Position numbers and translations under genes: made by a program. A stretch of 64,000 nt of DNA, from positions 154,555 to 218,554 of the forward strand of contig CAWETF010000003.1 of the NCBI GenBank assembly GCA_963812045.1. The letters are read 5' to 3'. The notes below the pieces were generated by a model, which saw only the letters and a list, made by a program, of their open reading frames with translations, was not told the origin of the DNA and did no database searches. Origin of the DNA: an uncultured delta proteobacterium. GTDB taxonomy: Bacteria > Desulfobacterota > Syntrophia > Syntrophales > Smithellaceae. Shown piece by piece: positions 47,511 through 58,393 of this stretch (position 1 is the stretch's first letter; every line of letters starts with the position of its first letter).

Positions 47511-48194
47511 TGGGCTTGGCTTGGATTGGTCTCTTAACCAAATTACAGCAGATGCGTTACTTCTATAGAGATGCGTTTGTATGATTATCAAGTCTATCAA
47601 ATTTAACGCTGAGGACTACGGGTGTAAGCCCATGCGTATCTATTATGAATATTTATGTTAATTTCCTAAAATAATTCCCCTTTGGATAAAAACTGTGGTA
47701 CATTAAAAAATAGATATGAGCGCTCAGTTATCAATCAAGAAAAAAGCAAAAGTATTGATTGAAAAAAGATGTTTGGAGATAACACATTCAGACTGCGTAG
47801 CTCTTTGACTTACTGTCCTCTAGCTCCAGAGGCATATTTATATTGAAAAAAATGGCAGAATTCTAATTTAACATGTGATACAAATATTTACTGGAGGTCA
47901 GTTTTTTATTGAGATCATCGGTTCCATTCATGCCCAGGTCATTAGGCGGCCACTGGTCATAGAAAAGGGGGAAATTAATTTTTTTATTTAGTCTTAAACA
48001 TTTGATAATATCATGGGAGAGATAACGGTTGGGGTATCATACAGAATGGTGATTCAGCCAACGAAATTTTGGACTGTTTGATGAAGAATTGCGTCAACAA
48101 GTGAATTTGGAATTAATGGAGCCATCTCCTTGAAGCGAAACTTATAACCCCAAGCTGAAATATCGCAGGTAAGGGGGACTTTCCAAATTAATAA

Positions 48195-49691
48195 ATGACG
48201 GGAAGCGATATAAATATGAACAATAGCAACGAATTAAAACAAATCAAGAAACAATCCCACAACAAGAAGGTCGTCTTCGTTGCCGGAAACTTTAATATCA
48301 TCCATCCCGGACATCTGCGGCTGCTGCGATTTGCAAAGGAATGCGGCGATTATCTGGTTGTTGGTGTACTGGACAATAACTCGCCTGGTTCATTTATGGA
48401 CGAACAATTGCGGTGGGAGAGTCTTCAAGCCATCGCCTGGATTGACTATTCATTTATCCTTCGTGAACCGCTAACAACCTTCCTTGGAAAACTGAAGCCG
48501 GCTTTCGTAGTTAAAGGCAAGGAGCATGAAGAAAAAGATAATCCGGAAAAAAACATTTTGAAACAATATGACGGCAAATTGATATTCGGATCCGGTGAAA
48601 CCAGTTTTTCCTCTGTTGATCTAATGAATAAGGAGTGGAATGAGTTATCAATCGCATCCATCAAAAAGCCGGTTGATTACCTGAAAAGGCATAATTTTAG
48701 CTTTCAGGAATTAATCAAGATTGTAGACAAAATGAAGAACTTGAAGGTCTGCGTTTTAGGAGATACGATTATAGATGAATATGTTACTTGCGACGCCCTC
48801 GGAATGTCGCAGGAAGACCCCACTATTGTCGTCACACCCGTAGCGCGTGATAAATTCATTGGCGGCGCTGGAATTGTCGCCTTGCATGCCAAGGGATTGG
48901 GCGCTGATGTTCACTTATTTTCTGCAATAGGAAAAGATGAAACAGCGGATTACGCGAAAGAAAAATTGGTATCTTTGGGCGTAAAGGCCCATTTATTTCA
49001 GGATGAAAGCAGGCCAACGACATTAAAGCAAAGATTCCGCGCCCGGCAGAAGACGCTGTTGCGGGTAAGTCATTTACGGCAACATGCAATTCCCGCAGAA
49101 ATTAGAGAATTGTTTTGCCAGGATGTAATGGATATCCTTGGGGGGATGGATTTGATCATATTTTCTGACTTCAATTATGGTTGTCTGCCACAATCATTGG
49201 TGGATCGGATTACGTCAGTTTGCCTTGAAAAAGGAATCATGATGGTTGCCGACAGTCAGTCATCCTCTCAAGTGGGGGACGTTTCACGCTTCCGCGGAAT
49301 GACACTGGTGACGCCTACCGAAAGAGAGGCCCGCTTTGCTGTGCATGATTTTGAGTCGGGCCTCGTGGTTCTTGCTGAAAAATTAAGAAAAAAAGCGAAT
49401 TCAAAAAATGTCATCATTACGCTTGATGAAGAGGGTGTGCTTATTCATGCGGGAACAAAAGAATGGCTGACAGATAGACTGCCCGCTTTCAACAAAGCGC
49501 CCAAGGATGTATCAGGGGCAGGCGATTCTTATTTGACTTGTACATCCATGTCCATGGCTGTTGGGGCTGACATCTGGAAAAGCGCCTACCTTGGATCACT
49601 GGCCGCCGCCTGTCAGGTAGGACGGATTGCCAATGTACCGCTGACTACAAAAGATTTAAAAATGGAAATAAACGGGATGAATGTGATTTAA
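48195..49691 (+). CDS. bifunctional nucleotidyltransferase/PfkB sugar kinase (HldE/RfaE-like, reversed domain order)
   Basis: N-terminal GNFNIIHPGH; C-terminal GDTIIDEY, SDFNYG, DVSGAGD. Confidence 0.85.
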   Translation: MTGSDINMNNSNELKQIKKQSHNKKVVFVAGNFNIIHPGHLRLLRFAKECGDYLVVGVLDNNSPGSFMDEQLRWESLQAIAWIDYSFILREPLTTFLGKLKPAFVVKGKEHEEKDNPEKNILKQYDGKLIFGSGETSFSSVDLMNKEWNELSIASIKKPVDYLKRHNFSFQELIKIVDKMKNLKVCVLGDTIIDEYVTCDALGMSQEDPTIVVTPVARDKFIGGAGIVALHAKGLGADVHLFSAIGKDETADYAKEKLVSLGVKAHLFQDESRPTTLKQRFRARQKTLLRVSHLRQHAIPAEIRELFCQDVMDILGGMDLIIFSDFNYGCLPQSLVDRITSVCLEKGIMMVADSQSSSQVGDVSRFRGMTLVTPTEREARFAVHDFESGLVVLAEKLRKKANSKNVIITLDEEGVLIHAGTKEWLTDRLPAFNKAPKDVSGAGDSYLTCTSMSMAVGADIWKSAYLGSLAAACQVGRIANVPLTTKDLKMEINGMNVI

Positions 49692-50443
49692 TGAAAGCGC
49701 TACTCCTTGCCGCAGGCTTAGGCACGCGCTTACAGCCGTTAACTAAAGACATTCCTAAATGCCTGATTCCTATTGACGGTAAGCCGCTTTTAGAGTATTG
49801 GATCACCATGCTTTATCATGCTGGTGTGTTTCCCTTACTGGTAAATCTTCATCACCATGCGGATAAAGTCACAAATTTTATTGATAACAGCCCTTATAAA
49901 AAATTTATTACAACGATCTATGAAAAGGAACTATTAGGAACAGGGGGAACGCTTTTAAAAAATCGGGCTTTTTTTGACGATGGACCGTTAATGCTCGTCC
50001 ACGCCGATAATCTTTCTATGTTCGACGTGAGCGCATTCATTAATAGTCACAAAAATCGCCCTCCCGGTTGTGAAATTACCATGATGACATTCAGAACCCC
50101 CACTCCCCATACATGCGGCATCATCGAAACAGATAAAAAGGGATGCGTTCAGGCCTTTCATGAAAAGGTGGCCAATCCGCCTGGTGATTTGGCCAATGGG
50201 GCTGTTTATATAGTGGAGCCATCCTTATTCAATTATCTGGAAAGCCTGAAAAAGGAATTTATTGACTTCAGCACTGAGGTCATTCCGAATTTTATCGGTC
50301 GAATCAATACATTTCTTAATGATGTTTATCACCGGGATATTGGCACGATAGAGAGCTATGAAATGGCATGTAAGGAATTCCCGATTAGGAGATCGCGGTA
50401 TGAAGCAAACAGATTTTTACCAGGATTATTCCCAAAAGATTAA
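49691..50443 (+). CDS. sugar-1-phosphate nucleotidyltransferase (HddC-like)
   Basis: LAAGLGTRLQPLT..PK, LLGTGG, FHEK, DIGT. Confidence 0.88.
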   Translation: MKALLLAAGLGTRLQPLTKDIPKCLIPIDGKPLLEYWITMLYHAGVFPLLVNLHHHADKVTNFIDNSPYKKFITTIYEKELLGTGGTLLKNRAFFDDGPLMLVHADNLSMFDVSAFINSHKNRPPGCEITMMTFRTPTPHTCGIIETDKKGCVQAFHEKVANPPGDLANGAVYIVEPSLFNYLESLKKEFIDFSTEVIPNFIGRINTFLNDVYHRDIGTIESYEMACKEFPIRRSRYEANRFLPGLFPKD

Positions 50444-50975
50444 TAAGGCTATCCAGCAAATTAATCTCGAAAAGCTTTGTGTTATGTCTGATTGTCTCTG
50501 GGATGCAGTGCAAACAAAAAGGCAGGTATTTTTGTGTGGCAACGGAGGTAGTGCCGCGAATGCCATGCATATCGCAAACGATTTCATTTATGGCATAGGG
50601 AAAAGAAGTAAAACGGCAATGAAAGTTCAAGCGTTGACATCAAATCAATCGATACTGACTTGTCTGGCTAATGATATTTCATACGCTGATGTTTTTTCTT
50701 ATCAGCTTGAAGCGTTAGGTCAGAAAGATGATATTTTGATTGCCCTTTCCGGAAGTGGCAACTCCCCAAACATAGTAAAAGCCATTGAAACGGCAAAGAA
50801 TATGGGCATGCGTACCTTTGCCATATTGGGATACGATGGCGGCCGTTGCCTCTCTATAGTTGAGGAATCCATTCATGTTCCCATAAATGACATGCAGATT
50901 TCGGAGGATATGCAACTAATTATCGGCCACATGCTGATGCAGTGGCTCAATCAAAGGTTGTTATCGAAAAAATAA
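50400..50975 (+). CDS. gmhA: phosphoheptose isomerase-like SIS protein
   Basis: CGNGGSAANAMH, AND, SGSGNSPN, QISED. Confidence 0.85.
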   Translation: MKQTDFYQDYSQKINKAIQQINLEKLCVMSDCLWDAVQTKRQVFLCGNGGSAANAMHIANDFIYGIGKRSKTAMKVQALTSNQSILTCLANDISYADVFSYQLEALGQKDDILIALSGSGNSPNIVKAIETAKNMGMRTFAILGYDGGRCLSIVEESIHVPINDMQISEDMQLIIGHMLMQWLNQRLLSKK

Positions 50976-51015
50976 CCATAAACGTAATTTAGAAACCACT
51001 CATGAAGGTTGTGCT

Positions 51016-51996
51016 ATGAAATGTCTTGTTACCGGTGCAGCAGGGTTTATCGGAAGCCATCTTACTGATTTGTTGTTACGAGATGGCCATGAAATAATTG
51101 CATTGGATGATTTATCTACAGGTCGAAAATCGAATCTTGATCAGGCCAGCAAGAGCAAAAATTTTTCCTGGGTACAAGCGGATATTTCCGATCCGGCTGC
51201 ATCCCAGGACCTGCCTGCGGTTGATTGGATGTTCCATATTGCCGGGCGAGCTGATCTTGTTCCATCAATTGAAAAACCTGATGAATATTTTAAGGTAAAT
51301 GTATCCGGAACGTATCTGGCTCTGGAATATGCGCGAAAAATCGGCGTAAAACGTTTTATCTATACCGCCAGTTCAACATGTTATGGCATAGCGGAAAAAG
51401 TCCCCACACCGGAAGATTATCCCTGTAGTCCTCGTCATCCCTATGGATTGACCAAATATCTTGGGGAACAACTCGTCATGCACTGGGCGCAGGTCTATAA
51501 ATTACCGGCCATTTCCCTGCGCCTCTTCAATGTTTACGGTCCACGGAGCAGAACAACAGGCGCTTATGGCGCTGTCTTCGGTGTGTTTCTCAAACAAAAA
51601 CTGGCCGGAAAGCCCTTTACTGTTGTCGGCGACGGGACGCAAACAAGAGACTTCACCTATGTTACAGACATTGCAGAAGCCTTTCTGGCGGCGGCAAAAT
51701 CAGATATTTCGGCAAAAATTTTTAACGTAGGCTCAGGCGACACTTACAGTATAAATCGCCTGGTGGAATTGCTGGGCGGTGAAAAAATATTCGTTCCCAA
51801 ACGACCGGGAGAACCAGATAGCACCTTTGCCGATATTAGCAGGATCAAGGCCGCCTTGAAATGGGCTCCAAAGGTATCTTTTGAAGAAGGGGTAACTCGC
51901 ATGCTGGCCATTATTGATGATTGGCAGGAGGCTCCGCTTTGGGATCAATCATCCATCGCCGAAGCGACGAAGAACTGGTTTAAATATTTAAAATAG
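51016..51996 (+). CDS. NAD-dependent epimerase/dehydratase
   Basis: GAAGFIG, YGLTK, FNVYGP. Confidence 0.9.
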   Translation: MKCLVTGAAGFIGSHLTDLLLRDGHEIIALDDLSTGRKSNLDQASKSKNFSWVQADISDPAASQDLPAVDWMFHIAGRADLVPSIEKPDEYFKVNVSGTYLALEYARKIGVKRFIYTASSTCYGIAEKVPTPEDYPCSPRHPYGLTKYLGEQLVMHWAQVYKLPAISLRLFNVYGPRSRTTGAYGAVFGVFLKQKLAGKPFTVVGDGTQTRDFTYVTDIAEAFLAAAKSDISAKIFNVGSGDTYSINRLVELLGGEKIFVPKRPGEPDSTFADISRIKAALKWAPKVSFEEGVTRMLAIIDDWQEAPLWDQSSIAEATKNWFKYLK

Positions 51997-52000
51997 TGAG

Positions 52001-53005
52001 GTGAATCTATTGGCTATAAAGAAAGTGTTGGTAACGGGTGGCGGCGGGTACGTAGGCTCGGTTTTAATTCCCAAATTGCTGGAGCACGGATATACTGTTT
52101 GCGTATTGGACTTGTTCATTTATGGCGAGCAAGTGTTTGATGATGTTAAGGGAAACCCTAACCTCGAGCTTTATAAAGGCGATATTCGAAATCAGTCACT
52201 ATTAAAGAAGATTTTGCCCGGATGCGACGCCGTTATACATCTCGCCTGTATCTCTAATGATCCCAGCTTTGAGTTGGATCCGGAATTAGGAAAGTCCATA
52301 AACTTTGACGCGTTTGCCCCCCTTGTGGATATTTCCAAAGACAGCGGAGTGAAGAGATTCATTTACGCTTCGTCCTCCAGTGTTTACGGGATTAAGGAAG
52401 AAAAAAATGTAACGGAAGATCTTCCACTATTGCCGCTGACTGACTACTCAAAATACAAAGCCATGTGCGAAGATGTTCTTCTCCAGAAAAGGGCACCGGG
52501 TTTTGTAACACTTATTTTGCGTCCCTCTACGGTCTGCGGCTATTCACCTCGATTGCGTCTTGATCTCACCGTCAACATCCTAACGAACCATGCTGTAAAC
52601 AATCGCAAGATTACCGTCTTTGGCGGACAGCAGATGCGGCCTAACATCCATATCGAAGATATGGCCCAGGCCTATATTAAATCACTGGAATGGCCTGATG
52701 AGGCCATTGATGGCAAGATATTCAATGTGGGTTTTGACAATTTCACGGTATCCGAAATTGCCGATAAAGTCCGCACGGTCGTGGGAGAGGATATCCAGAT
52801 CGTGACGACGCCAACCGATGATAACCGCTCCTATCACGTATCCTCCGTAAAGATTAAAAAAGAACTCGGCTTTGTGGCTGAACACACCGTGGAAGATGCT
52901 ATTCATGATTTGGTTACAGCTTTCCAGGCGGGGAAAATCTCAAACCCGATGAATGATAAAAAATATTACAACATCAAAACCATGCAGGAATTGAAACTGA
53001 GGTAG
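52001..53005 (+). CDS. NAD-dependent epimerase/dehydratase (extended SDR)
   Basis: GGGGYVG, YSKYK, RLRLDL. Confidence 0.9.
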   Translation: MNLLAIKKVLVTGGGGYVGSVLIPKLLEHGYTVCVLDLFIYGEQVFDDVKGNPNLELYKGDIRNQSLLKKILPGCDAVIHLACISNDPSFELDPELGKSINFDAFAPLVDISKDSGVKRFIYASSSSVYGIKEEKNVTEDLPLLPLTDYSKYKAMCEDVLLQKRAPGFVTLILRPSTVCGYSPRLRLDLTVNILTNHAVNNRKITVFGGQQMRPNIHIEDMAQAYIKSLEWPDEAIDGKIFNVGFDNFTVSEIADKVRTVVGEDIQIVTTPTDDNRSYHVSSVKIKKELGFVAEHTVEDAIHDLVTAFQAGKISNPMNDKKYYNIKTMQELKLR

Positions 53006-53009
53006 CATA

Positions 53010-53831
53010 TTGACGCTTGATACAAATATTCTGGAACGGATAGCTCGAGAAGTTCGTTTTAAACTTCTGGAGATGTCTAACAAGGCACAGACCGGTCATC
53101 TGGGCGGATCTCTGTCTTGCGTTGATATTCTGGTTACAGCTTATTGGAGAGCATTAACAATTGATCCTGTTAAGCCTGATGATCCAGATCGTGATCGGTT
53201 GATTTTTAGTAAGGGGCATGCAATAAGCGCTCTTTATGCGGTACTGGCAAGACGAGGCTATTTCCCGGAAAAGGATCTGGATTTATTTAACGAAGAAGGT
53301 GGTTGTTTGCCGGAACAACCTTCACCCCGTTGCGTATCGGGCGTCGAATGGGCCACGGGCTCTCTTGGTCACGGTCTGGGTGTTGGCATCGGAATGGCAC
53401 TGGCCGCGAAGCTTCTTGGGAAAAAATATCGTGTCTGTGTAATCATGAGTGATGGTGAATGCCAGGAAGGTTCTGTCTGGGAATCGGCTATGTTTGCCCC
53501 AAGGCACGGCCTAAGTAATCTCAAAGTTATCATTGATTTCAATAAGTGGCAGGCTACGGGACGTTCTTGCGAGATCATGGCTATGGAACCACTCAGCGAA
53601 AAATTCAAGTCTTTCGGTTGGCGTGTAACAGATGTTCAAGGTCACGACATTGATGCACTAAGCGCTGCCATGACCGATTGGAGTGACAATGATCCAAGAC
53701 CGTCCGCCGTGATAGCCCATACGGTTAAAGGCTTTGGGATAAGTTTTATTCAAGATGACAATAATTGGCATTATCGGTCACCAAGTGTCGAAGAAGTTGC
53801 CAAGGCAAAGATGGAATTGCACATAACATGA
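53010..53831 (+). CDS. transketolase, N-terminal (ThDP-binding) subunit
   Basis: GHLGGSLS, SKGH, TGSLGHG, SDGECQEG. Confidence 0.92.
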   Translation: MTLDTNILERIAREVRFKLLEMSNKAQTGHLGGSLSCVDILVTAYWRALTIDPVKPDDPDRDRLIFSKGHAISALYAVLARRGYFPEKDLDLFNEEGGCLPEQPSPRCVSGVEWATGSLGHGLGVGIGMALAAKLLGKKYRVCVIMSDGECQEGSVWESAMFAPRHGLSNLKVIIDFNKWQATGRSCEIMAMEPLSEKFKSFGWRVTDVQGHDIDALSAAMTDWSDNDPRPSAVIAHTVKGFGISFIQDDNNWHYRSPSVEEVAKAKMELHIT

Positions 53832-54769
53832 GAAATGCTTTCGCAGAAGAAATATTAGAGATTGCGCGTCAGGACAAACGCTTGATTGTTTTGAGTGCCG
53901 ATATAGGAAACCGCCTTTTCGACAAACTTAAAGCCAAATTCCCATCCCGCTTTTATAACACCGGTGTTGCCGAAGCCAATAACATCAGTATGGCAGCAGG
54001 GTTGGCAGCAAGTGGATTTCGTCCCGTATGCTATACAATTACACCATTTATTACATACCGGTGTTATGAACAGATTAGAATTGATGTTTGTTACCATGAG
54101 ATGCCCGTGGTGATTGTGGGAACTGGTTCGGGCTTGTCCTATGCATCACTGGGTGCAACACACCATTCATGCGAAGATATAGCGGTGATGAGAGTTTTAC
54201 CGGGGATGCATATAGCAGCCCCGGCAGATGCATTAGAGGTGAAAGCCTGCTTAAGGGCTGCAATAAACCTGGGGAAACCTGTTTATATCCGCATTGGCAA
54301 AAAAGGGGAACCTGTTATTCATAGTGATGTCCCTGTTTTTAAGTTTGGCAGTTGGTCTGTCCTGCGCCAGGGAGGAGATGTCTGCCTGCTCAGCACAGGT
54401 AATATGCTTGAATCCGCGTTCAAAATAGCCAGTCTATTGGATAATGCTAAAATATCCGCTTCAGTCGTAAATTGCGCCTCTATTAAGCCTCTTGATGAAA
54501 AAATGCTTAAAAAAATGCTTGATAGTCATGATACTGTTGTAACGATTGAAGAACATTCGCTTATAGGCGGGTTCGGTGGTGCCGTGATTGAATGGGTTGT
54601 GGATAATAACTTAGATGCAAATAAAATTATTCGTTTTGGGACAAAAGATTATTTTCTGCATCAATTAGGTGAGCAGGAATATGCCCGCAGGAAATATGGA
54701 CTAGGCATTCAACAGATAACAGAAGCAATATTATCATTCTTTAAAAAGCGTCATGATCGCACAAAATAA
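53828..54769 (+). CDS. transketolase, C-terminal subunit
   Basis: MRNAF, GVAEAN, GATHH, EEHSLIGGFG. Confidence 0.92.
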   Translation: MRNAFAEEILEIARQDKRLIVLSADIGNRLFDKLKAKFPSRFYNTGVAEANNISMAAGLAASGFRPVCYTITPFITYRCYEQIRIDVCYHEMPVVIVGTGSGLSYASLGATHHSCEDIAVMRVLPGMHIAAPADALEVKACLRAAINLGKPVYIRIGKKGEPVIHSDVPVFKFGSWSVLRQGGDVCLLSTGNMLESAFKIASLLDNAKISASVVNCASIKPLDEKMLKKMLDSHDTVVTIEEHSLIGGFGGAVIEWVVDNNLDANKIIRFGTKDYFLHQLGEQEYARRKYGLGIQQITEAILSFFKKRHDRTK

Positions 54770-55382
54770 AAAATTTATTATCGGTTTGGATCTCGATAAC
54801 ACCATTATTAATTATGGTGATCTATTTTATAATGTTGCTCTTGAAAAAAAATGGATACCAATAGAATGCCCAAAAGATAAAGTTAGTGTCCGGGAATATC
54901 TGCAAGTAAAAGGGGAAAATGATCTGTGGACAGAATTACAAGGTCTCATATATGGTTATTATTTAACCAAAGCTGTTCCATATACCGGTGTTGACGATTT
55001 TTTAATGGAGTGCCGCAGGCTTACTATCCCTGTTTGGATTGTAAGCCATAAAACACATTACCCCGCAGTAGGTTCACCATACGATTTGCATGCCTCTGCC
55101 GCCAAATGGCTTTTAGCAAGTGGCTTGATAAGAGATGAAGCAGGGGGTGTTAATAAAGACAGGATCACGTTTTGCGAATCAAGATCAGAAAAGATAGCCT
55201 TAATTATGAAATTGCGATTAACTCATTTTGTAGATGACCTGCCCGAGGTTTTTCTTGATGCGGAATTTCCTAAGGGAATTAAAAAATATTTATATGCGCC
55301 TGATGGTGTTAAGAAACAACTGCGTTATAGTGAATCAGCAAGTTCCTGGCAAGAGCTTAAAATAAAAATATTGGAAAGTTAA
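54753..55382 (+). CDS. HAD-superfamily phosphatase-like protein
   Basis: GLDLDNT, VSHK, FVDD. Confidence 0.75.
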   Translation: MIAQNKKFIIGLDLDNTIINYGDLFYNVALEKKWIPIECPKDKVSVREYLQVKGENDLWTELQGLIYGYYLTKAVPYTGVDDFLMECRRLTIPVWIVSHKTHYPAVGSPYDLHASAAKWLLASGLIRDEAGGVNKDRITFCESRSEKIALIMKLRLTHFVDDLPEVFLDAEFPKGIKKYLYAPDGVKKQLRYSESASSWQELKIKILES

Positions 55383-56437
55383 TGAACCAGCATGATGATA
55401 CAGACCATGAAGGCATAAAGATATTGCTTTCTAAAATGGGATTATATGGTGAATATTTTTTAACGCCGCTTAAAGGTGGACGAAACAACAGGGCCTTTAG
55501 GCTAAAATGTAATGGGCATGAATTTTTTCTGAAAGCGTATTTTTATTCACCCGCAGATCCGCGGGATCGTTTATATCATGAGTTCAGCTTTACTAATTTC
55601 GCCTGGTCGAATGGCATACACTGTGTGCCGGAACCATTAGCAATGTTACCCCCAAAGCGCCTTGCTGTTTATGATTTTATTACCGGCAACGTTGCTAATT
55701 ATCGTCCCACAACAACGAATGATATTCGGCAAGCCCTGGACTTCATTTTATCATTAAATAATTACCGCGCCAATGATGCTGCAAAAAAATTACCTTCAGC
55801 CTCAGAGGCATGCTTTTCATTAAATGACCATATTAAGAATACAGCAATACGAGTTAATCGCCTCTTGCAAATAGAAGTTACCGATGATTATGATGAAATC
55901 GCTAAACGACAGATTGCCCAGCGTCTATTACCACTATGGGATGAAGTCATAAAAAATATTAATGCGCAAAGAAATAAACATCCCTTGATAGATCAAACAT
56001 TAAGCTTCGAACAAAAATGGATTTCCCCTTCCGATTTTGGATTTCATAATGCCATCGAAGAAGAAGATGGAAAGTTGCGATTTATTGATTTTGAATATGC
56101 CGGCTGGGATGACCCGGCAAAACTATTATGCGATTTTAGCAATCAACCGGACAGGGTTCTTGATAATTCTTTGTCTCTTAACTTTATTCGCGCAATAATC
56201 GATGCTGACGTGAGTCCAAGCTTCCTGCAATACCGTTATGCCTTATTGGAACCATTATATCAAATCAAATGGGCATGCATCATACTGAACGATTTTCTGC
56301 CTATCGGTGAGGCGCGGAGAAAATTCACACATTCAGATAACATTAATAAGAATAAATTGACTCAATTGGAGAAGTTGGATATTATGCTTCAGCGAGTCAA
56401 TAATACAATAAAATCAAATGCGCATTATCTGAATTAA
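55382..56437 (+). CDS. aminoglycoside-phosphotransferase/choline-kinase-like kinase
   Basis: GGRNN, SPSDFGFHN, FIDFEYAGWDDP. Confidence 0.8.
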   Translation: MNQHDDTDHEGIKILLSKMGLYGEYFLTPLKGGRNNRAFRLKCNGHEFFLKAYFYSPADPRDRLYHEFSFTNFAWSNGIHCVPEPLAMLPPKRLAVYDFITGNVANYRPTTTNDIRQALDFILSLNNYRANDAAKKLPSASEACFSLNDHIKNTAIRVNRLLQIEVTDDYDEIAKRQIAQRLLPLWDEVIKNINAQRNKHPLIDQTLSFEQKWISPSDFGFHNAIEEEDGKLRFIDFEYAGWDDPAKLLCDFSNQPDRVLDNSLSLNFIRAIIDADVSPSFLQYRYALLEPLYQIKWACIILNDFLPIGEARRKFTHSDNINKNKLTQLEKLDIMLQRVNNTIKSNAHYLN

Positions 56438-56469
56438 ATTCATCAGACTCGAAAGAAAGGATATAAAAA

Positions 56470-57135
56470 ATGGGGCAACTTAGAAATTTTGTAACGCCGT
56501 TACATCAAGCGACCAAACGGGATTACTTGGCGCGTATGGTTGATGACAAAGTCAGATGCATGATGAAAGCTAAAGAGTATGAATACGATTACTGGGATGG
56601 TGATCGCCGTTTTGGATATGGCGGCTATAAATATATGCCGGGTCGCTGGAAACCAGTAGCGGAAGCGCTTATCAAGGAATACAACCTTAAACCGGGCGAC
56701 AGTGTACTTGATGTTGGTTGCGGTAAAGCTTTTTTACTTTATGAGATGCAATTATTAATTCCTGAGCTGCAATTAACAGGTTTCGATATCTCCCTACATG
56801 GACTCAACGAAAGACATCCTGAATTAAAAGGCAATATTTTCAGGTATCGCGCCCAGGATGCATATCCTTTTGGTGACAAAAAATTTGATCTTGTTATTTC
56901 TCTAGGCTGCTTGCATAATCTGCGGATTTTTGAATTGAAGACGGCGTTATCAGAAATCGAACGTGTTGGTAAACAAGGGTACATCATGCTGGAGAGTTAT
57001 AGGAACGAGCTTGAGCAGTTCAATCTTCAGTGTTGGGCTTTGACGTGTGAATCCTTTTTCGACACGGCTGAATGGATATGGCTATACCGGCATTTTGGTT
57101 ATACGGGTGATTATGAATTTATTTACTTTGAATAA
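56470..57135 (+). CDS. class I SAM-dependent methyltransferase
   Basis: YWDGDRRFGYGGY, VLDVGCGK, FDLVIS. Confidence 0.88.
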   Translation: MGQLRNFVTPLHQATKRDYLARMVDDKVRCMMKAKEYEYDYWDGDRRFGYGGYKYMPGRWKPVAEALIKEYNLKPGDSVLDVGCGKAFLLYEMQLLIPELQLTGFDISLHGLNERHPELKGNIFRYRAQDAYPFGDKKFDLVISLGCLHNLRIFELKTALSEIERVGKQGYIMLESYRNELEQFNLQCWALTCESFFDTAEWIWLYRHFGYTGDYEFIYFE

Positions 57136-57149
57136 CAAGGAATTGATCA

Positions 57150-58199
57150 ATGCAAATTAAAAAAATGAAAGCAGCCATCTTGGTGGAAAGCAAAAAACCA
57201 TTGATTGTCGCTGCTATTGATTTACCAGGCAGTCTGGAATTTGGTCAAGTACTGGTCAAAATACACTACAGTGGTATTTGTGGTGCACAAATCAATGAAA
57301 TTGAAGCAGCTAAAGGGCCGGATAAATTTTTACCCCATCTTTTAGGTCATGAGGCTTCTGCAACGGTTCTTGAAATCGGACCAGGCGTAAAGACCGTCAA
57401 AAAGGGAGACACCGTGGTTATGCATTGGCGGCCGAGTGATGGCATCCAAGCGGAAACAGCAAGCTATCAATGGAATGGACGTAAAGTTAATTCCGGCTGG
57501 GTAACAACTTTCAGCGAATATTCGATAGTTTCCGAAAATCGGCTTACGGTTATTCCCTCTGATTTCGATTTGAAGTTAGCGCCACTCTTTGGTTGTGCGC
57601 TGACTACGGCAATGGGTGTAATCAACAACGACGCCCAAGTGAAAGTCGGTCAATCGGTGGTGGTTTTTGGTGTCGGAGGCGTAGGACTCAACATCGTTCA
57701 GGCAGCGGATATGGTTTCGGCTTACCCAATCATAGGAATAGACATCATCGAACGTAAACTGGAAATGGCAAAACGTTTTGGTGCAAATTATGTTTTCAAT
57801 TCCGGAAATAATGCTGATTTGGCCAGTGAGGTTCGCAAAATTGTCGGCTCTGCCGGTGCCGATGTGGTGATTGAAACCACGGGTAACCCGAGGGTTATAG
57901 AATTGGCTTATGACCTGACTCATCCGGATGGCAAGACAATTCTTGTGGGAGTGCCCAGAAAAGGTGATAATATTTCTATTTACACCTTGCCCATCCATTT
58001 CAATAAAGTAATTAAAGGATCGCATGGAGGCAGTGCCTTACCCCACATCGATATCCCCCGCTACATTCGACTGGTTCAAGCGGGTAAGCTGAAATTGGAT
58101 GGCCTGATAACCCATGAATTTAAGCTGGATGATATAAACGAAGCCATCGAGACGGTAAAAAGTGGGAAAGCCGGAAGAGTACTAGTCGCAATGGATTAG
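57150..58199 (+). CDS. zinc-binding alcohol dehydrogenase family protein
   Basis: GICG, LGHE, GVGGVG. Confidence 0.9.
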   Translation: MQIKKMKAAILVESKKPLIVAAIDLPGSLEFGQVLVKIHYSGICGAQINEIEAAKGPDKFLPHLLGHEASATVLEIGPGVKTVKKGDTVVMHWRPSDGIQAETASYQWNGRKVNSGWVTTFSEYSIVSENRLTVIPSDFDLKLAPLFGCALTTAMGVINNDAQVKVGQSVVVFGVGGVGLNIVQAADMVSAYPIIGIDIIERKLEMAKRFGANYVFNSGNNADLASEVRKIVGSAGADVVIETTGNPRVIELAYDLTHPDGKTILVGVPRKGDNISIYTLPIHFNKVIKGSHGGSALPHIDIPRYIRLVQAGKLKLDGLITHEFKLDDINEAIETVKSGKAGRVLVAMD

Positions 58200-58393
58200 T
58201 CTCGTTAGAATACAGAATGATATCTCTGATAGTTAAGAAATGTCATCTTTGCAGTGGATTGATTCGTTATATAGAAGAATTTCCTAATTTGTTGCAGGTA
58301 ACCTGCAAAGCATTTAACACCCAAGAATGGTGGCAGTGGTGGTTCAGGCACACCGGCGATTTTAGTTTTATTTATTTTGAGTAAGGATTTTTT

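Noticed and set aside
47510-48190. Long non-coding stretch as a possible ncRNA or JUMPStart leader
   Set aside because: No ops (GGCGGTAG) motif or convincing structure seen; probably decayed sequence plus a promoter
50400-50443. 44-bp overlap between the nucleotidyltransferase and gmhA
   Set aside because: A simple stop-codon shift or single indel explains it; no evidence of function
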